NCBI RefSeq assembly: GCF_009914755.1
Contig: NC_060933.1
Length of the DNA: 64,000 nucleotides
Direction: 5' to 3' (one strand)
From: the human T2T-CHM13v2.0 reference genome, Homo sapiens
Shown here one piece after another: positions 14,101 through 29,000 of the stretch. The notes beneath the pieces were generated by a model. The model searched no databases, was not told where the DNA came from, and saw only the letters and a list, made by a program, of their open reading frames with translations. The position numbers and the translations under genes are program-made. Every line of letters begins with the position of its first letter. The first letter of the stretch is position 1.

Positions 14101-15064
14101 ATAGAGCAGGTTTGAAACACTCTTTCTGTAGTATCTGCAAGTGGACGTTTCAAGCGCTTTCAGGCCTGTGGTGAAAAAGGAAATATCTTCAAATAAAAAC
14201 TGGACAGAAGCATTCTCAGAAACTTATTTGCGATGTGTGTTCTCAGCTAACAGAGTTGAACCTTTGTTTTGATACAGCATTTTGGAAACACTCTTTTTGT
14301 AGGATCTGCAGGTGGATATTTGGATAGCTTTGAAGGTTTCTTTGGAAACGGGAATATCTTCATATAAAATCAAGACAGAAGCATTCTCAGAAACTTCTCT
14401 GTGATGTTTGCATTCAACTCATAGAGTTGAACACTTCCTTTCATAGAGCTGGTTTGAAATACTCTTTTTGTAATATTTGGAAGTGGACATTTGCAGCGCT
14501 TTGAAGCCTATGGTGAAAAAGGAGATATCTTCTCCTAAAAACCAGACAGAAGCATTCTCAGAATCTTTCTTGTGATGTGTGTACTCAAGTAACAGAGTTG
14601 AACCTTCATTTTGACAGAGCAGTTTTGAAGCACTCTTTTTGTAGAATCTGCAAGTGGATATTTTGATACCTTTGAGGATTTCGTTAGACACGGGATATCT
14701 TCATATGAAATCTAGACAGAAGCATTCTCAGAAACTTCTTTGTGCTGTATGTCCTCAATTAACAGAGTTGAACCTTTGTGTGGATACAGCATTTTGGAAA
14801 CATTCCTTTAGTAGAATCTGCAAGTTGATATTTAGATAGCTAGGAAGATTTCCTTGGAAACGGGAATATCTTCATATAAAATCTAGACGGAAGCATTCTC
14901 AGAAAGTGCTTTGTGATGTTTGCATTCAAGTCACAGAGTTGAATATTCCCTTTTATAGAGCAGGTTTGAAACACTCTTTCTGCACTATCTGGAAGTGGAC
15001 ATTTGGAGCGTTTTGAGGCCTATGTTGAAAAAGGAAATATCTTCCCATAAAAACTAGACAGAAG
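11154..15064 (+). repeat. 23-mer HOR variant (5 tetramers + EFG), 3911 bp
   Basis: E/F marker spacing 10743 to 14654 = 3911 = 1192 + 4x680 - 1, with a 1-bp deletion near 13079. Confidence 0.9.
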
Positions 15065-16936
15065 CATTCTCAGAAACTTGTTTGTGATGTGTGTATTCAA
15101 CTAACAGAGATGAACCTTTCTTTTTACAGAGCAGTTTTGAAACACTCTTTTTGTGGAATCTGAAAGTGGATATTTGGATAGTTTTGAGGATATCGTTGGA
15201 AACGGGATTACATATAAAACCTAGAGAGAAGCATTCTCAGGAACTTCTTTGTGATGTTTGCATTCAAGTCACAGAACTGAACATTCCCTTTCATAGAGCA
15301 GGTTTGAAACACTCTTTCTGTAGTATCTGCAAGCTGACGTTTCAAGCGCTTTCAGGCCTATGGTGAGAAAGGAAATATCTTCAAGTAAAAACTAGACAGA
15401 AGCATTCTCAGAAACTTATTTGCCATGTGTGTTCTCAACTAACAGAGTTGAACCTTTGTTTTGATATGGCATTTTGGAAACACTCTTTTTGTAGAATCTG
15501 CAGGTGGATATTTGGATAGCTTTGAAGGTTTCGTTGGAAACGGGAATATCTTCATATAAAATCAAGACAGAAGCATTCTCAGAAACTTCTCTGTGATGTT
15601 TGCATTCAACTCATAGAGTTGAACACTTCCCTTCATACAGCAGGTTTGAAACACTCTTTTTGTAATATTTGGAAGTGGACATTTGCAGCGCTTTGAGGCC
15701 TATGATGAAAAAGGAAATATCTTCCCATAAAAACTAGACAGAAGCATTCTCAGAAACTTGTTTGTGATGTGTGTATTCAACTAACAGAGATGAACCTTTC
15801 TTTTTACAGAGCAGTTTTGAAACACTCTTTTTGTGGAATCTGAAAGTGGATATTTGGATAGCTTTGCGGATTTCTTTGGAAACGGGATTACATATAAAAT
15901 CTAGAGAGAAGCATTCTCAAGAACTTCTTTGTGATGTTTGCATTCAAGTCACAGAACTGAACATTCCCTTTCATAGAGCAGGTTTGAAACACTCTTTCTG
16001 CAGTATCTGCAAGCGGACGTTTTAAGCGCTTTCAGGCCTGTGGTGAGAAAGGAAATATCTTCAAATAAAAACTAGACAGAAGCATTCTCAGAAACTTATT
16101 TGCGATGTGTGTCCTCAACTAACGGAGTTGAACCTTTCTTTTGATACAACATTTTGGAAACACTCTTTTTGTAGAATCTGCAAGTGGATATTTGGATAAC
16201 TTTGAAGGTTTCGTTGGAAACGAGAATATCTTCATATGAAATCAAGACAGAAGCATTCTCAGAAACTTCTCTGTGATGTTTGCATTCAACTCATAGAGTT
16301 GAACACTTCCCTTCATACAGCAGGTTTGAAACACTCTTTTTCTAATATTTGGAAGTGGACATTTGCAGCGCTTTGAGGCCTATGTTGAAAAACGAAATAT
16401 CTTCTCCTAAAAACCAGACAGAAGCATTCTCAGAAACTTCCTTGTGATGTGTGTACTCAAGTAACAGAGTTGAACCTTCCTTTTGACAGAGCAGTTTTGA
16501 AGCACTCTTTTTGTAGAATCTGCAAGTGGATATTTTGATACCTTTGAGGATTTCGTTGGACACGGGATATCTTCATATAAAATCTAGACAGAAGCATTCT
16601 CAGAAACTTCTTTGTGCTGTATGTCCTCAATTAACAGAGTTGAACCTTTGTGTGGATACAGCATTTTGGAAACATTCCTTTAGTAGAATCTGCAAGTTGA
16701 TATTTAGATAGCTAGGAAGATTTCCTTGGAAACGGGAATATCTTCATATAAAATCTAGACGGAAGCATTCTCAGAAAGTGCTTTGTGATGTTTGCATTCA
16801 AGTCACAGAGTTGAATATTCCCTTTTATAGAGCAGGTTTGAAACACTCTTTCTGCACTATCTGGAAGTGGACATTTGGAGCGCTTTGAGGCCTATGTTGA
16901 AAAAGGAAATATCTTCCCATAAAAACTAGACAGAAG

Positions 16937-18128
16937 CATTCTCAGAAACTTGTTTGTGATGTGTGTATTCAACTAACAGAGATGAACCTTTCTTTTTACA
17001 GAGCAGTTTTGAAACACTCTTTTTGTGGAATCTGAAAGTGGATATTTGGATAGCTTTGAGGATTTCGTTGGAAACGGGATTACATATAAAATCTAGAGAG
17101 AAGCATTCTCAGGAACTTCTTTGTGATGTTTGCATTCACGTCACAGAACTGAACATTCCCTTTCATAGAGCATGTTTGAAACACTCTTTCTGTAGTATCT
17201 GCAAACGGACATTTCAAACGCTTTCAGGCCTATGGTGAGAAAGGAAATATCTTCAAATAAAAACTAGACAGAAGCATTCTCAGCAACTTATTTGCGATGT
17301 GTGTCCTCAACTAACAGAGTTGAACCTTTCTTTTGATACAACATTTTGGAAACACTCTTTTTGTAGAATCTGCAAGTGGATATTTGGATAACTTTGAAGG
17401 TTTCGTTGGAAACGGGAATATCTTCATATGAAATCAAGACAGAAGCATTCTCAGAAACTTCTCTGTGATGTTTGGATTCAACTCATAGAGTTGAACACTT
17501 CCCTTCATACAGCAGGTTTCAAACACTCTTTTTCTAATATTTGGAAGTGGACATTTGCAGCGCTTTGAGGCCTATGTTGAAAAAGGAAATATCTTCTCCT
17601 AAAAACCAGACAGAAGCATTCTCAGAAACTTCCTTGTGATGTGTGTAGTCAAGTAACAGAGTTGAACCTTCCTTTTGACAGAGCAGTTTTGAAGCACTCT
17701 TTTTGTAGAATCTGCAAGTGGATATTTTGATACCTTTGAGGATTTCTTTGGACACGGGATATCTTCATATAAAATCTAGACAGAAGCATTCTCAGAAACT
17801 TCTTTGTGCTGTATGTCCTCAATTAACAGAGTTGAACCTTTGTGTGGATACAGCATTTTGGAAACATTCCTTTAGTAGAATCTGCAAGTTGATATTTAGA
17901 TAGCTAGGAAGATTTCCTTGGAAACGGGAATATCTTCATATAAAATCTAGACGGAAGCATTCTCAGAAAGTGCTTTGTGATGTTTGCATTCAAGTCACAG
18001 AGTTGAATATTCCCTTTTATAGAGTAGGTTTGAAACACTCTTTCTGCACTACCTGGAAGTGGACATTTGGAGCGCTTTGAGGCCTATGTTGAAAAAGGAA
18101 ATATCTTCCCATAAAAACTAGACAGAAT
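16937..18128 (+). repeat. Example basic 7-mer HOR (A-B-C-D-E-F-G), 1192 bp
   Basis: Marker spacings 16526, 17718, 18910 and 16963, 18155, 19347 are all 1192 bp. Confidence 0.95.
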
Positions 18129-19320
18129 CATTCTCAGAAACTTGTTTCTGATGTGTGTATTCAACTAACAGAGATGAACCTTTCTTTTTACAGAGTAGTT
18201 TTGAAACACTCTTTTTGTGGAATCTGAAAGTGGATATTTGGATAGCTTTGCGGATTTCGTTGGAAACGGGATTACATATAAAATCTAGGGAGAAGCTTTC
18301 TCAGGAACTTCTTTGTGATGTTTGCATTCAAGTCACAGAACTGAACATTCCCTTTCATAGAGCAGGTTTGAAACACTCTTTCTGTAGTATCTGCAAGTGG
18401 ACGTTTCAAGCGCTTTCAGGCCTGTGGTGAAAAAGGAAATATCTTCAAATAAAAACTAGACAGAAGCATTCTCAGAAACTTATTTGCGATGTGTGTTCTC
18501 AGCTAACAGAGTTGAACCTTTGTTTTGATACAGCATTTTGGAAACACTCTTTTTGTAGGATCTGCAGGTGGATATTTGGATAGCTGTGAAGGTTTCTTTG
18601 GAAACGGGAATATCTTCATATAAAATCAAGACAGAAGCATTCTCAGAAAATTCTCTGTTCTGTTTGCATTCAACTCATAGAGTTGAACACTTCCTTTCAT
18701 AGAGCTGGTTTGAAATACTCTTTTTGTAATATTTGGAAGTGGACATTGGCAGCGCTTTTAAGCCTATGGTGAAAAAGGAGATATCTTCTCATAAAAACCA
18801 GACAGAAGCATTCTCAGAATCTTTCTTGTGATGTGTGTACTCAAGTAACAGGGTTGAACCTTCATTTTGACAGAGCAGTTTTGAAGCACTCTTTTTGTAG
18901 AATCTGCAAGTGGATATTTTGATACCTTTGAGGATTTCGTTAGACACGGGATATCTTCATATAAAATCTAGACAGAAGCATTCTCAGAAACTTCTTTGTG
19001 CTGTATGTCCTCAATTAACAGAGTTGAACCTTTGTGTGGATACAGCATTTTGGAAACATTCCTTTAGTAGAATCTGCAAGTTGATATTTAGATAGCTAGG
19101 AAGATTTCCTTGCAAACGGGAATATCTTCATATAAAATCTAGACGGAAGCATTCTCAGAAAGTGCTTTGTGATGTTTGCATTCAAGTCACAGAGTTGAAT
19201 ATTCCCTTTTATAGAGCAGGTTTGAAACACTCTTTCTGCACTACCTGGAAGTGGACATTTGGAGCGCTTTGAGGCCTATGTTGAAAAAGGAAATATCTTC
19301 CCATAAAAACTAGACAGAAG

Positions 19321-22300
19321 CATTCTCAGAAACTTGTTTGTGATGTGTGTATTCAACTAACAGAGATGAACCTTTCTTTTTACAGAGCAGTTTTGAAACA
19401 CTCTTTTTGTGGAATCTGAAAGTGGATATTTGGATAGCTTTGAGGATTTCGTTGGAAACGGGATTACATATAAAACCTAGAGAGAAGCATTCTCAGGAAC
19501 TTCTTTGTGATGTTTGCATTCAAGTCACAGAACTGAACATTCCCTTTCATAGAGCAGGTTTGAAACACTCTTTCTGTAGTATCTGCAAGCTGACGTTTCA
19601 AGCGCTTTCAGGCCTATGGTGAGAAAGGAAATATCTTCAAGTAAAAACTAGACAGAAGGATTCTCAGAAACTTATTTGCCATGTGTGTTCTCAACTAACA
19701 GAGTTGAACCTTTGTTTTGATACGGCATTTTGGAAACACTCTTTTTGTAGAATCTGCAGGTGGATATTCGGATAGCTTTGAAGGTTTCGTTGGAAACGGG
19801 AATATCTTCATATAAAATCTAGACGGAAGCATTCTCAGAAACTGCTTTGTGATGTTTTCATTCAAGTCACAGAGTAGAATGTTCCCTGTTATATACCAGG
19901 TTTGAGACACTCTTTCTGCACTACCTGGAAGTGGACATTTGGAGCGCTTTGAGGCCTATGATGAAAAAGGAAATATCTTCCCATAAAAACTAGACAGAAG
20001 CATTCTCAGAAACTTGTTTGTGATGTGTGTATTCAACTAACAGAGATGAACCTTTCTTTTTACAGAGCAGTTTTGAAACACTCTTTTTGTGGAATCTGAA
20101 AGTGGATATTTGGATAGCTTTGAGGATTTCGTTGGAAACGGGATTACATATAAAATCTAGAGAGAAGCATTCTCAGGAACTTCTTTGTGATGTTTGCATT
20201 CAAGTCACAGAACTGAACATTCCCTTTCATAGAGCATGTTTGAAACACTCTTTCTGTAGTATCTGCAAACGGACATTTCAAACGCTTTCAGGCCTATGGT
20301 GAGAAAGGAAATATCTTCAAATAAAAACTAGACAGAAGCATTCTCAGAAACTTATTTGCGATGTGTGTCCTCAACTAACAGAGTTGAACCTTTCTTTTGA
20401 TACAACATTTTGGAAACACTCTTTTTGTAGAATCTGCAAGTGGATATTTGGATAGCTTTGAAGGTTTCGTTGGAAACGGGAATATCTTCATATAAAATCA
20501 AGACAGAAGCATTCTCAGAAACTTCTCTGTGATGTTTGCATTCAACTCATAGAGTTGAACACTTCCTTTCATAGAGCTGGTTTGAAATACTCTTTTTGTA
20601 ATATTTGGAAGTGGACATTGGCAGCGCTTTGAAGCCTATGGTGAAAAAGGAGATATCTTCTCCTAAAAACCAGACAGAAGCATTCTCAGAATCTTTCTTG
20701 TGATGTGTGTACTCAAGTAACAGAGGTGAACCTTCATTTTGACAGAGCAGTTTTGAAGCACTCTTTTTGTAGAATCTGCAAGTGGATATTTTGATACCTT
20801 TGAGGATTTCGTTAGACACGGGATATCTTCATATAAAATCTAGACAGAAGCATTCTCAGAAACTTCTTTGTGCTGTATGTCCTCAATTAACAGAGTTGAA
20901 CCTTTGTGTGGATACAGCATTTTGGAAACATTCCTTTAGTAGAATCTGCAAGTTGATATTTAGATAGCTAGGAAGATTTCCTTGCAAACGGGAATATCTT
21001 CATATAAAATCTAGACGGAAGCATTCTCAGAAACTGCTTTGTGATGTTTGCATTCAAGTCACAGAGTTGAGTATTCCCTTTTATAGAGCAGGTTTGAAAC
21101 ACTCTTTCTGCACTACATGGAAGTGGACATTTGGAGCACTTTGAGGCCTATGTTGAAAAAGGAAATATCTTCCCATAAAAACTAGACAGAAGCATTCTCA
21201 GAAACTTGTTTGTGATGTGTGTATTCAACTAACAGAGATGAACCTTTCTTTTTACAGAGCAGTTTTGAAACACTCTTTTTGTGGAATCTGAAAGTGGATA
21301 TTTGGATAGCTTTGAGGATTTCGTTGGAAACGGGATTACATATAAAACCTAGAGAGAAGCATTCTCAGGAACTTCTTTGTGATGTTTGCATTCAAGTCAC
21401 AGAACTGAACATTCCCTTTCATAGAGCAGGTTTGAAACACTCTTTCTGTAGTATCTGCAAGCTGACGTTTCAAGCGCTTTCAGGCCTATGGTGAGAAAGG
21501 AAATATCTTCAAGTAAAAACTAGACAGAAGCATTCTCAGAAACTTATTTGCGATGTGTGTTCTCAACTAACAGAGTTGAACCTTTGTTTTGATACGGCAT
21601 TTTGGAAACACTCTTTTTGTAGAATCTGCAGGTGGATATTCGGATAGCTTTGAAGGTTTCGTTGGAAACGGGAATATCTTCATATAAAATCTAGACGGAA
21701 GCATTCTCAGAAACTGCTTTGTGATGTTTTCATTCAAGTCACAGAGTAGAATGTTCCCTGTTATAAACCAGGTTTGAGACACTATTTCTGCACTACCTGG
21801 AAGTGGACATTTGGAGCGCTTTGAGGCCTATGATGAAAAAGGAAATATCTTCCCATAAAAACTAGACAGAAGCATTCTCAGAAACTTGTTTGTGATGTGT
21901 GTATTCAACTAACAGAGATGAACCTTTCTTTTTACAGAGCAGTTTTGAAACACTCTTTTTGTGGAATCTGAAAGTGGATATTTGGATAGCTTTGAGGATT
22001 TCGTTGGAAACGGGATTACATATAAAATCTAGAGAGAAGCATTCTCAGGAACTTCTTTGTGATGTTTGCATTCACGTCACAGAACTGAACATTCCCTTTC
22101 ATAGAGCATGTTTGAAACACTCTTTCTGTAGTATCTGCAAACGGACATTTCAAACGCTTTCAGCCCTATGGTGAGAAAGGAAATATCTTCAAATAAAAAC
22201 TAGACAGAAGCATTCTCAGAAACTTATTTGCGATGTGTGTCCTCAACTAACAGAGTTGAACCTTTCTTTTGATACAACATTTTGGAAACACTCTTTTTGT

Positions 22301-23064
22301 AGAATCTGCAAGTGGATATTTGGATAGCTTTGAAGGTTTCGTTGGAAACGGGAATATCTTCATATAAAATCAAGACAGAAGCATTCTCAGAAACTTCTCT
22401 GTGATGTTTGCATTCAACTCATAGAGTTGAACACTTCCCTTCATACAGCAGGTTTGAAACACTCTTTTTCTAATATTTGGAAGTGGACATTTGCAGCGCT
22501 TTGAGGCCTATGTTTGAAAAGGAAATATCTTCTCCTAAAAACCAGACAGAAGCATTCTCAGAAACTTCCTTGTGATGTGTGTACTCAAGTAACAGAGTTG
22601 AACCTTCCTTTTGAGAGAGCAGTTTTGAAGCACTCTTTTTGCAGAATCTGCAAGTGGATATTTTGATACCTCTGAGGATTTCGTTGGACACGGGATATCT
22701 TCATATAAAATCTAGACAGAAGCATTCTCAGAAACTTCTTTGTGCTGTATGTCCTCAATTAACAGAGTTGAACCTTTGTGTGGATACAGCATTTTGGAAA
22801 CATTCCTTTAGTAGAATCTGCAAGTTGATATTTAGATAGCTAGGAAGATTTCCTTGGAAACGGGAATATCTTCATATAAAATCTAGACGGAAGCATTCTC
22901 AGAAAGTGCTTTGTGATGTTTGCATTCAAGTCACAGAGTTGAATATTCCCTTTTATAGAGCAGGTTTGAAACACTCTTTCTGCACTACCTGGAAGTGGAC
23001 ATTTGGAGCGCTTTGAGGCCTATGTTGAAAAAGGAAATATCTTCCTATAAAAACTAGACAGAAT
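19321..23064 (+). repeat. Two consecutive 11-mer HORs (1872 bp each)
   Basis: First-A marker spacing 19347, 21219, 23091 = 1872 bp each. Confidence 0.92.
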
Positions 23065-26000
23065 CATTCTCAGAAACTTGTTTGTGATGTGTGTATTCAA
23101 CTAACAGAGATGAACCTTTCTTTTTACAGAGCAGTTTTGAAACACTCTTTTTGTGGAATCTGAAAGTGGATATTTGGATAGCTTTGAGGATTTCGTTGGA
23201 AACGGGATTACATATAAAACCTAGAGAGAAGCATTCTCAGGAACTTCTTTGTGATGTTTGCCTTCAAGTCACAGAACTGAACATTCCCTTTCATAGAGCA
23301 GGTTTGAAACACTCTTTCTGTAGTATCTGCAAGCTGACGTTTCATGCGCTTTCAGGCCTATGGTGAGAAAGGAAATATCTTCAAGTAAAAACTAGACAGA
23401 AGCATTCTCAGAAACTTATTTGCCATGTGTGTTCTCAACTAACAGAGTTGAACCTTTGTTTTGATACGGCATTTTGGAAACACTCTTTTTGTAGAATCTG
23501 CAGGTGGATATTCGGATAGCTTTGAAGGTTACGTTGGAAACGGGAATATCTTCATATAAAATCTAGACGGAAGCATTCTCAGAAACTGCTTTGTGATGTT
23601 TTCATTCAAGTCACAGAGTAGAATGTTCCCTGTTATATACCAGCTTTGAGACACTCTTTCTGCACTACCTGGAAGTGGACGTTTGGAGCGCTTTGAGGCC
23701 TATGTTGAAAAAGGAAATATCTTCCCATAAAAACTAGACAGAAGCATTCTCAGAAACTTGTTTGTGATGTGTGTATTCAACTAACAGAGATGAACATTTC
23801 TTTTTACAGAGCAGTTTTGAAACACTCTTTTTGTGGAATCTGAAAGTGGATATTTGGATAGCTTTGTGGATTTCGTTGGAAACGGGATTACATATAAAAT
23901 CTAGAGAGAAGCATTCTCAGGAACTTCTTTGTGATGTTTGCATTCACGTCACAGAACTGAACATTCCCTTTCATAGAGCATGTTTGAAACACTCTTTCTG
24001 TAGTATCTGCAAACGGACATTTCAAACGCTTTCAGGCCTATGGTGAGAAAGGAAATATCTTCAAATAAAAACTAGACAGAAGCATTCTCAGAAACTTATT
24101 TGCGATGTGTGTCCTCAACTAACAGAGTTGAACCTTTCTTTTGATACAACATTTTGGAACCACTCTTTTTGTGGAATCTGCAAGTGGATATTTGGATAGC
24201 TTTGAAGGTTTCGTTGGAAACGGGAATATCTTCATATAAAATCAAGACAGAAGCATTCTCAGAAACTTCTCTGTGATGTTTGCATTCAACTCATAGAGTT
24301 GAACACTGCCCTTCATACAGCAGGTTTGAAACACTCTTTTTGTAATATTTGGAAGTGGACATTTGCAGCGCTTTGAGGCCTATGATGAAAAAGGTAATAT
24401 CTTCCCATAAAAACTAGACAGAAGCATTCTCAGAAACTTGTTTGTGATGTGTGTATTCAACTAACAGAGATGAACCTTTCTTTTTACAGAGCAGTTTTGA
24501 AACACTCTTTTTGTGGAATCTGAAAGTGGATATTTGGATAGCTTTGCGGATTTCGTTGGAAACGGGATTACATATAAAATCTAGGGAGAAGCATTCTCAG
24601 GAACTTCTTTGTGATGTTTGCATTCAAGTCACAGAACTGAACATTCCCTTTCATAGAGCAGGTTTGAAACACTCTTTCTGTAGTATCTGCAAGCGGACGT
24701 TTGAAGCGCTTTCAGGCCTGTGGTGAAAAAGGAAATATCTTGAAATAAAAACTAGACAGAAGCATTCTCAGAAACTTATTAGCGATGTGTGTTCTCAACT
24801 AAAAGAGTTGAACCTTTGTTTGGATACAGCATTTTGGAAACACTCTTTTTGTAGAATCTGCAAGTGGATATTTGGATAGCTTTGAAGGTTTCGTTGGAAA
24901 CGGGAATATCTTCATATAAAATCAAGACAGAAGCATTCTCAGAAATTTCTCTGTGATGTTTGCATTCAACTCATAGAGTTGAACACTTCCCTTCATACAG
25001 CAGGTTTGAAACACTCTTTTTCTAATATTTGGAAGTGGACATTTGCAGCGCTTTGAGGCCTATGTTGAAAAAGGAAATATCTTCTCCTAAAAACCAGACA
25101 GAAGCATTCTCAGAAACTTCCTTGTGATGTGTGTACTCAAGTAACAGAGTTGAATCTTCCTTTTGACAGAGCAGTTTTGAAGCACTCTTTTTGTAGAATC
25201 TGCAAGTGGATATTTTGATACCTTTGAGGATTTCGTTGGACACGGGATATCTTCATATAAAATCTAGACAGAAGCATTCTCAGAAACTTCTTTGTGCTGT
25301 ATGTCCTCAATTAACAGAGTTGAACCTTTGTGTGGATACAGCATTTTGGAAACATTCCTTTAGTAGAATCTGCAAGTTGATATTTAGATAGCTAGGAAGA
25401 TTTCCTTGGAAACGGGAATATCTTCATATAAAATCTAGACGGAAGCATTCTCAGAAAGTGCTTTGTGATGTTTGCATTCAAGTCACAGAGTTGAATATTC
25501 CCTTTTATAGAGCAGGTTTGAAACACTCTTTCTGCACTACCTGGAAGTGGACATTTGGAGTGCTTTGAGGCCTATGTTGAAAAAGGAAATATCTTCCCAT
25601 AAAAACTAGACAGAAGCATTCTCAGAAACTTGTTTGTGATGTGTGTATTCAACTAACAGAGATGAACCTTTCTTTTTACAGAGCAGTTTTGAAACACTCT
25701 TTTTGTGGAATCTGAAAGTGGATATTTGGATAGCTTTGAGGATTTCGTTGGAAACGGGATTACATATAAAATCTAGGGAGAAGCATTCTCAGGAACTTCT
25801 TTGTGATGTTTGCATTCAAGTCACAGAACTGAACATTCCCTTTCATAGAGCAGGTTTGAAACACTCTTTCTGTAGTATCTGCAAGCGGACGTTTTAAGCG
25901 CTTTCAGGCCTGTGGTGAGAAAGGAAATATCCTCAAATAAAAACTAGACAGAAGCATTCTCAGAAACTTATTTGCGATGTGTGTCCTCAACTAACAGAGT

Positions 26001-29000
26001 TGAACCTTTCTTTTGATACAACATTTTGGAAACACTCTTTTTGTAGAATCTGCAAGTGGATATTTGGATAGCTTTGAAGGTTTCGTTGGAAACGGGAATA
26101 TCTTCATATAAAATCAAGACAGAAGCATTCTCAGAAACTTCTCTGTGATGTTTGCATTCAACTCATAGAGTTGAACACTTCCCTTCATACAGCAGGTTTG
26201 AAACACTCTTTTTCTAATATTTGGAAGTGGACATTTGCAGCGCTTTGAGGCCTATGTTGAAAAAGGAAACATCTCCTAAAAACCAGACAGAAGCATTCTC
26301 AGAAACTTCCTTGTGATGTGTGTACTCAAGTAACAGAGTTGAACCTTCCTTTTGACAGAGCAGTTTTGAAGCACTCCTTTTGTAGAATCTGCAAGTGGAT
26401 ATTTTGATACCTTTGAGGATTTCGTTGGACACGGGATATCTTCATATAAAATCTAGACAGAAGCATTCTCAGAAACTTCTTTGTGCTGTATGTCCTCAAT
26501 TAACAGAGTTGAACCTTTGTGTGGATACAGCATTTTGGAAACATTCCTTTAGTAGAATCTGCAAGTTGATATTTAGATAGCTAGGAAGATTTCCTTGGAA
26601 ACGGGAATATCTTCATATAAAATCTAGACGGAAGCATTCTCAGAAAGTGCTTTGTGATGTTTGCATTCAAGTCACAGAGTTGAATATTCCCTTTTATAGA
26701 GCAGGTTTGAAACACTCTTTCTGCACTACCTGGAAGTGGACATTTGGAGCGCTTTGAGGCCTATGTTGAAAAAGGAAATATCTTCCTATAAAAACTAGAC
26801 AGAATCATTCTCAGAAACTTGTTTGTGATGTGTGTATTCAACTAACAGAGATGAACCTTTCTTTTTACAGAGCAGTTTTGAAACACTCTTTTTGTGGAAT
26901 CTGAAAGTGGATATTTGGATAGCTTTGAGGATTTCGTTGGAAACGGGATTACATATAAAACCTAGAGAGAAGCATTCTCAGGAACTTCTTTGTGATGTTT
27001 GCCTTCAAGTCACAGAACTGAACATTCCCTTTCATAGAGCAGGTTTGAAACACTCTTTCTGTAGTATCTGCAAGCTGACGTTTCATGCGCTTTCAGGCCT
27101 ATGGTGAGAAAGGAAATATCTTCAAGTAAAAACTAGACAGAAGCATTCTCAGAAACTTATTTGCCATGTGTGTTCTCAACTAACAGAGTTGAACCTTTGT
27201 TTTGATACGGCATTTTGGAAACACTCTTTTTGTAGAATCTGCAGGTGGATATTCGGATAGCTTTGAAGGTTTCGTTGGAAACGGGAATATCTTCATATAA
27301 AATCTAGACGGAAGCATTCTCAGAAACTGCTTTGTGATGTTTTCATTCAAGTCACAGAGTAGAATGTTCCCTGTTATATACCAGCTTTGAGACACTCTTT
27401 CTGCACTACCTGGAAGTGGACGTTTGGAGCGCTTTGAGGCCTATGTTGAAAAAGGAAATATCTTCCCATAAAAACTAGACAGAAGCATTCTCAGAAACTT
27501 GTTTGTGATGTGTGTATTCAACTAACAGAGATGAACCTTTCTTTTTACAGAGCAGTTTTGAAACACTCTTTTTGTGGAATCTGAAAGTGGATATTTGGAT
27601 AGCTTTGTGGATTTCGTTGGAAACGGGATTACATATAAAATCTAGAGAGAAGCATTCTCAGGAACTTCTTTGTGATGTTTGCATTCACGTCACAGAACTG
27701 AACATTCCCTTTCATAGAGCATGTTTGAAAGACTCTTTCTGTAGTATCTGCAAACGGACATTTCAAACGCTTTCAGGCCTATGGTGAGAAAGGAAATATC
27801 TTCAAATAAAAACTAGACAGAAGCATTCTCAGAAACTTATTTGCGATGTGTGTCCTCAACTAACAGAGTTGAACCTTTCTTTTGATACAACATTTTGGAA
27901 CCACTCTTTTTGTGGAATCTGCAAGTGGATATTTGGATAGCTTTGAAGGTTTCGTTGGAAACGGGAATATCTTCATATAAAATCAAGACAGAAGCATTCT
28001 CAGAAACTTCTCTGTGATGTTTGCATTCAACTCATAGAGTTGAACACTGCACTTCATACAGCAGGTTTGAAACACTCTTTTTGTAATATTTGGAAGTGGA
28101 CATTTGCAGCGCTTTGAGGCCTATGATGAAAAAGGTAATATCTTCCCATAAAAACTAGACAGAAGCATTCTCAGAAACTTGTTTGTGATGTGTGTATTCA
28201 ACTAACAGAGATGAACCTTTCTTTTTACAGAGTAGTTTTGAAACACTCTTTTTGTGGAATCTGAAAGTGGATATTTGGATAGCTTTGCGGATTTCGTTGG
28301 AAACGGGATTACATATAAAATCTAGGGAGAAGCATTCTCAGGAACTTCTTTGTGATGTTTGCATTCAAGTCACAGAACTGAACATTCCCTTTCATAGAGC
28401 AGGTTTGAAACACTCTTTCTGTAGTATCTGCAAGCGGACGTTTGAAGCGCTTTCAGGCCTGTGGTGAAAAAGGAAATATCTTGAAATAAAAACTAGACAG
28501 AAGCATTCTCAGAAACTTATTAGCGATGTGTGTTCTCAACTAAAAGAGTTGAACCTTTGTTTGGATACAGCATTTTGGAAACACTCTTTTTGTAGAATCT
28601 GCAAGTGGATATTTGGATAGCTTTGAAGGTTTCGTTGGAAACGGGAATATCTTCATATAAAATCAAGACAGAAGCATTCTCAGAAATTTCTCTGTGATGT
28701 TTGCATTCAACTCATAGAGTTGAACACTTCCCTTCATACAGCAGGTTTGAAACACTCTTTTTCTAATATTTGGAAGTGGACATTTGCAGCGCTTTGAGGC
28801 CTATGTTGAAAAAGGAAATATCTTCTCCTAAAAACCAGACAGAAGCATTCTCAGAAACTTCCTTGTGATGTGTGTACTCAAGTAACAGAGTTGAACCTTC
28901 CTTTTGACAGAGCAGTTTTGAAGCACTCTTTTTGTAGAATCTGCAAGTGGATATTTTGATACCTTTGAGGATTTCGTTGGACACGGGATATCTTCATATA

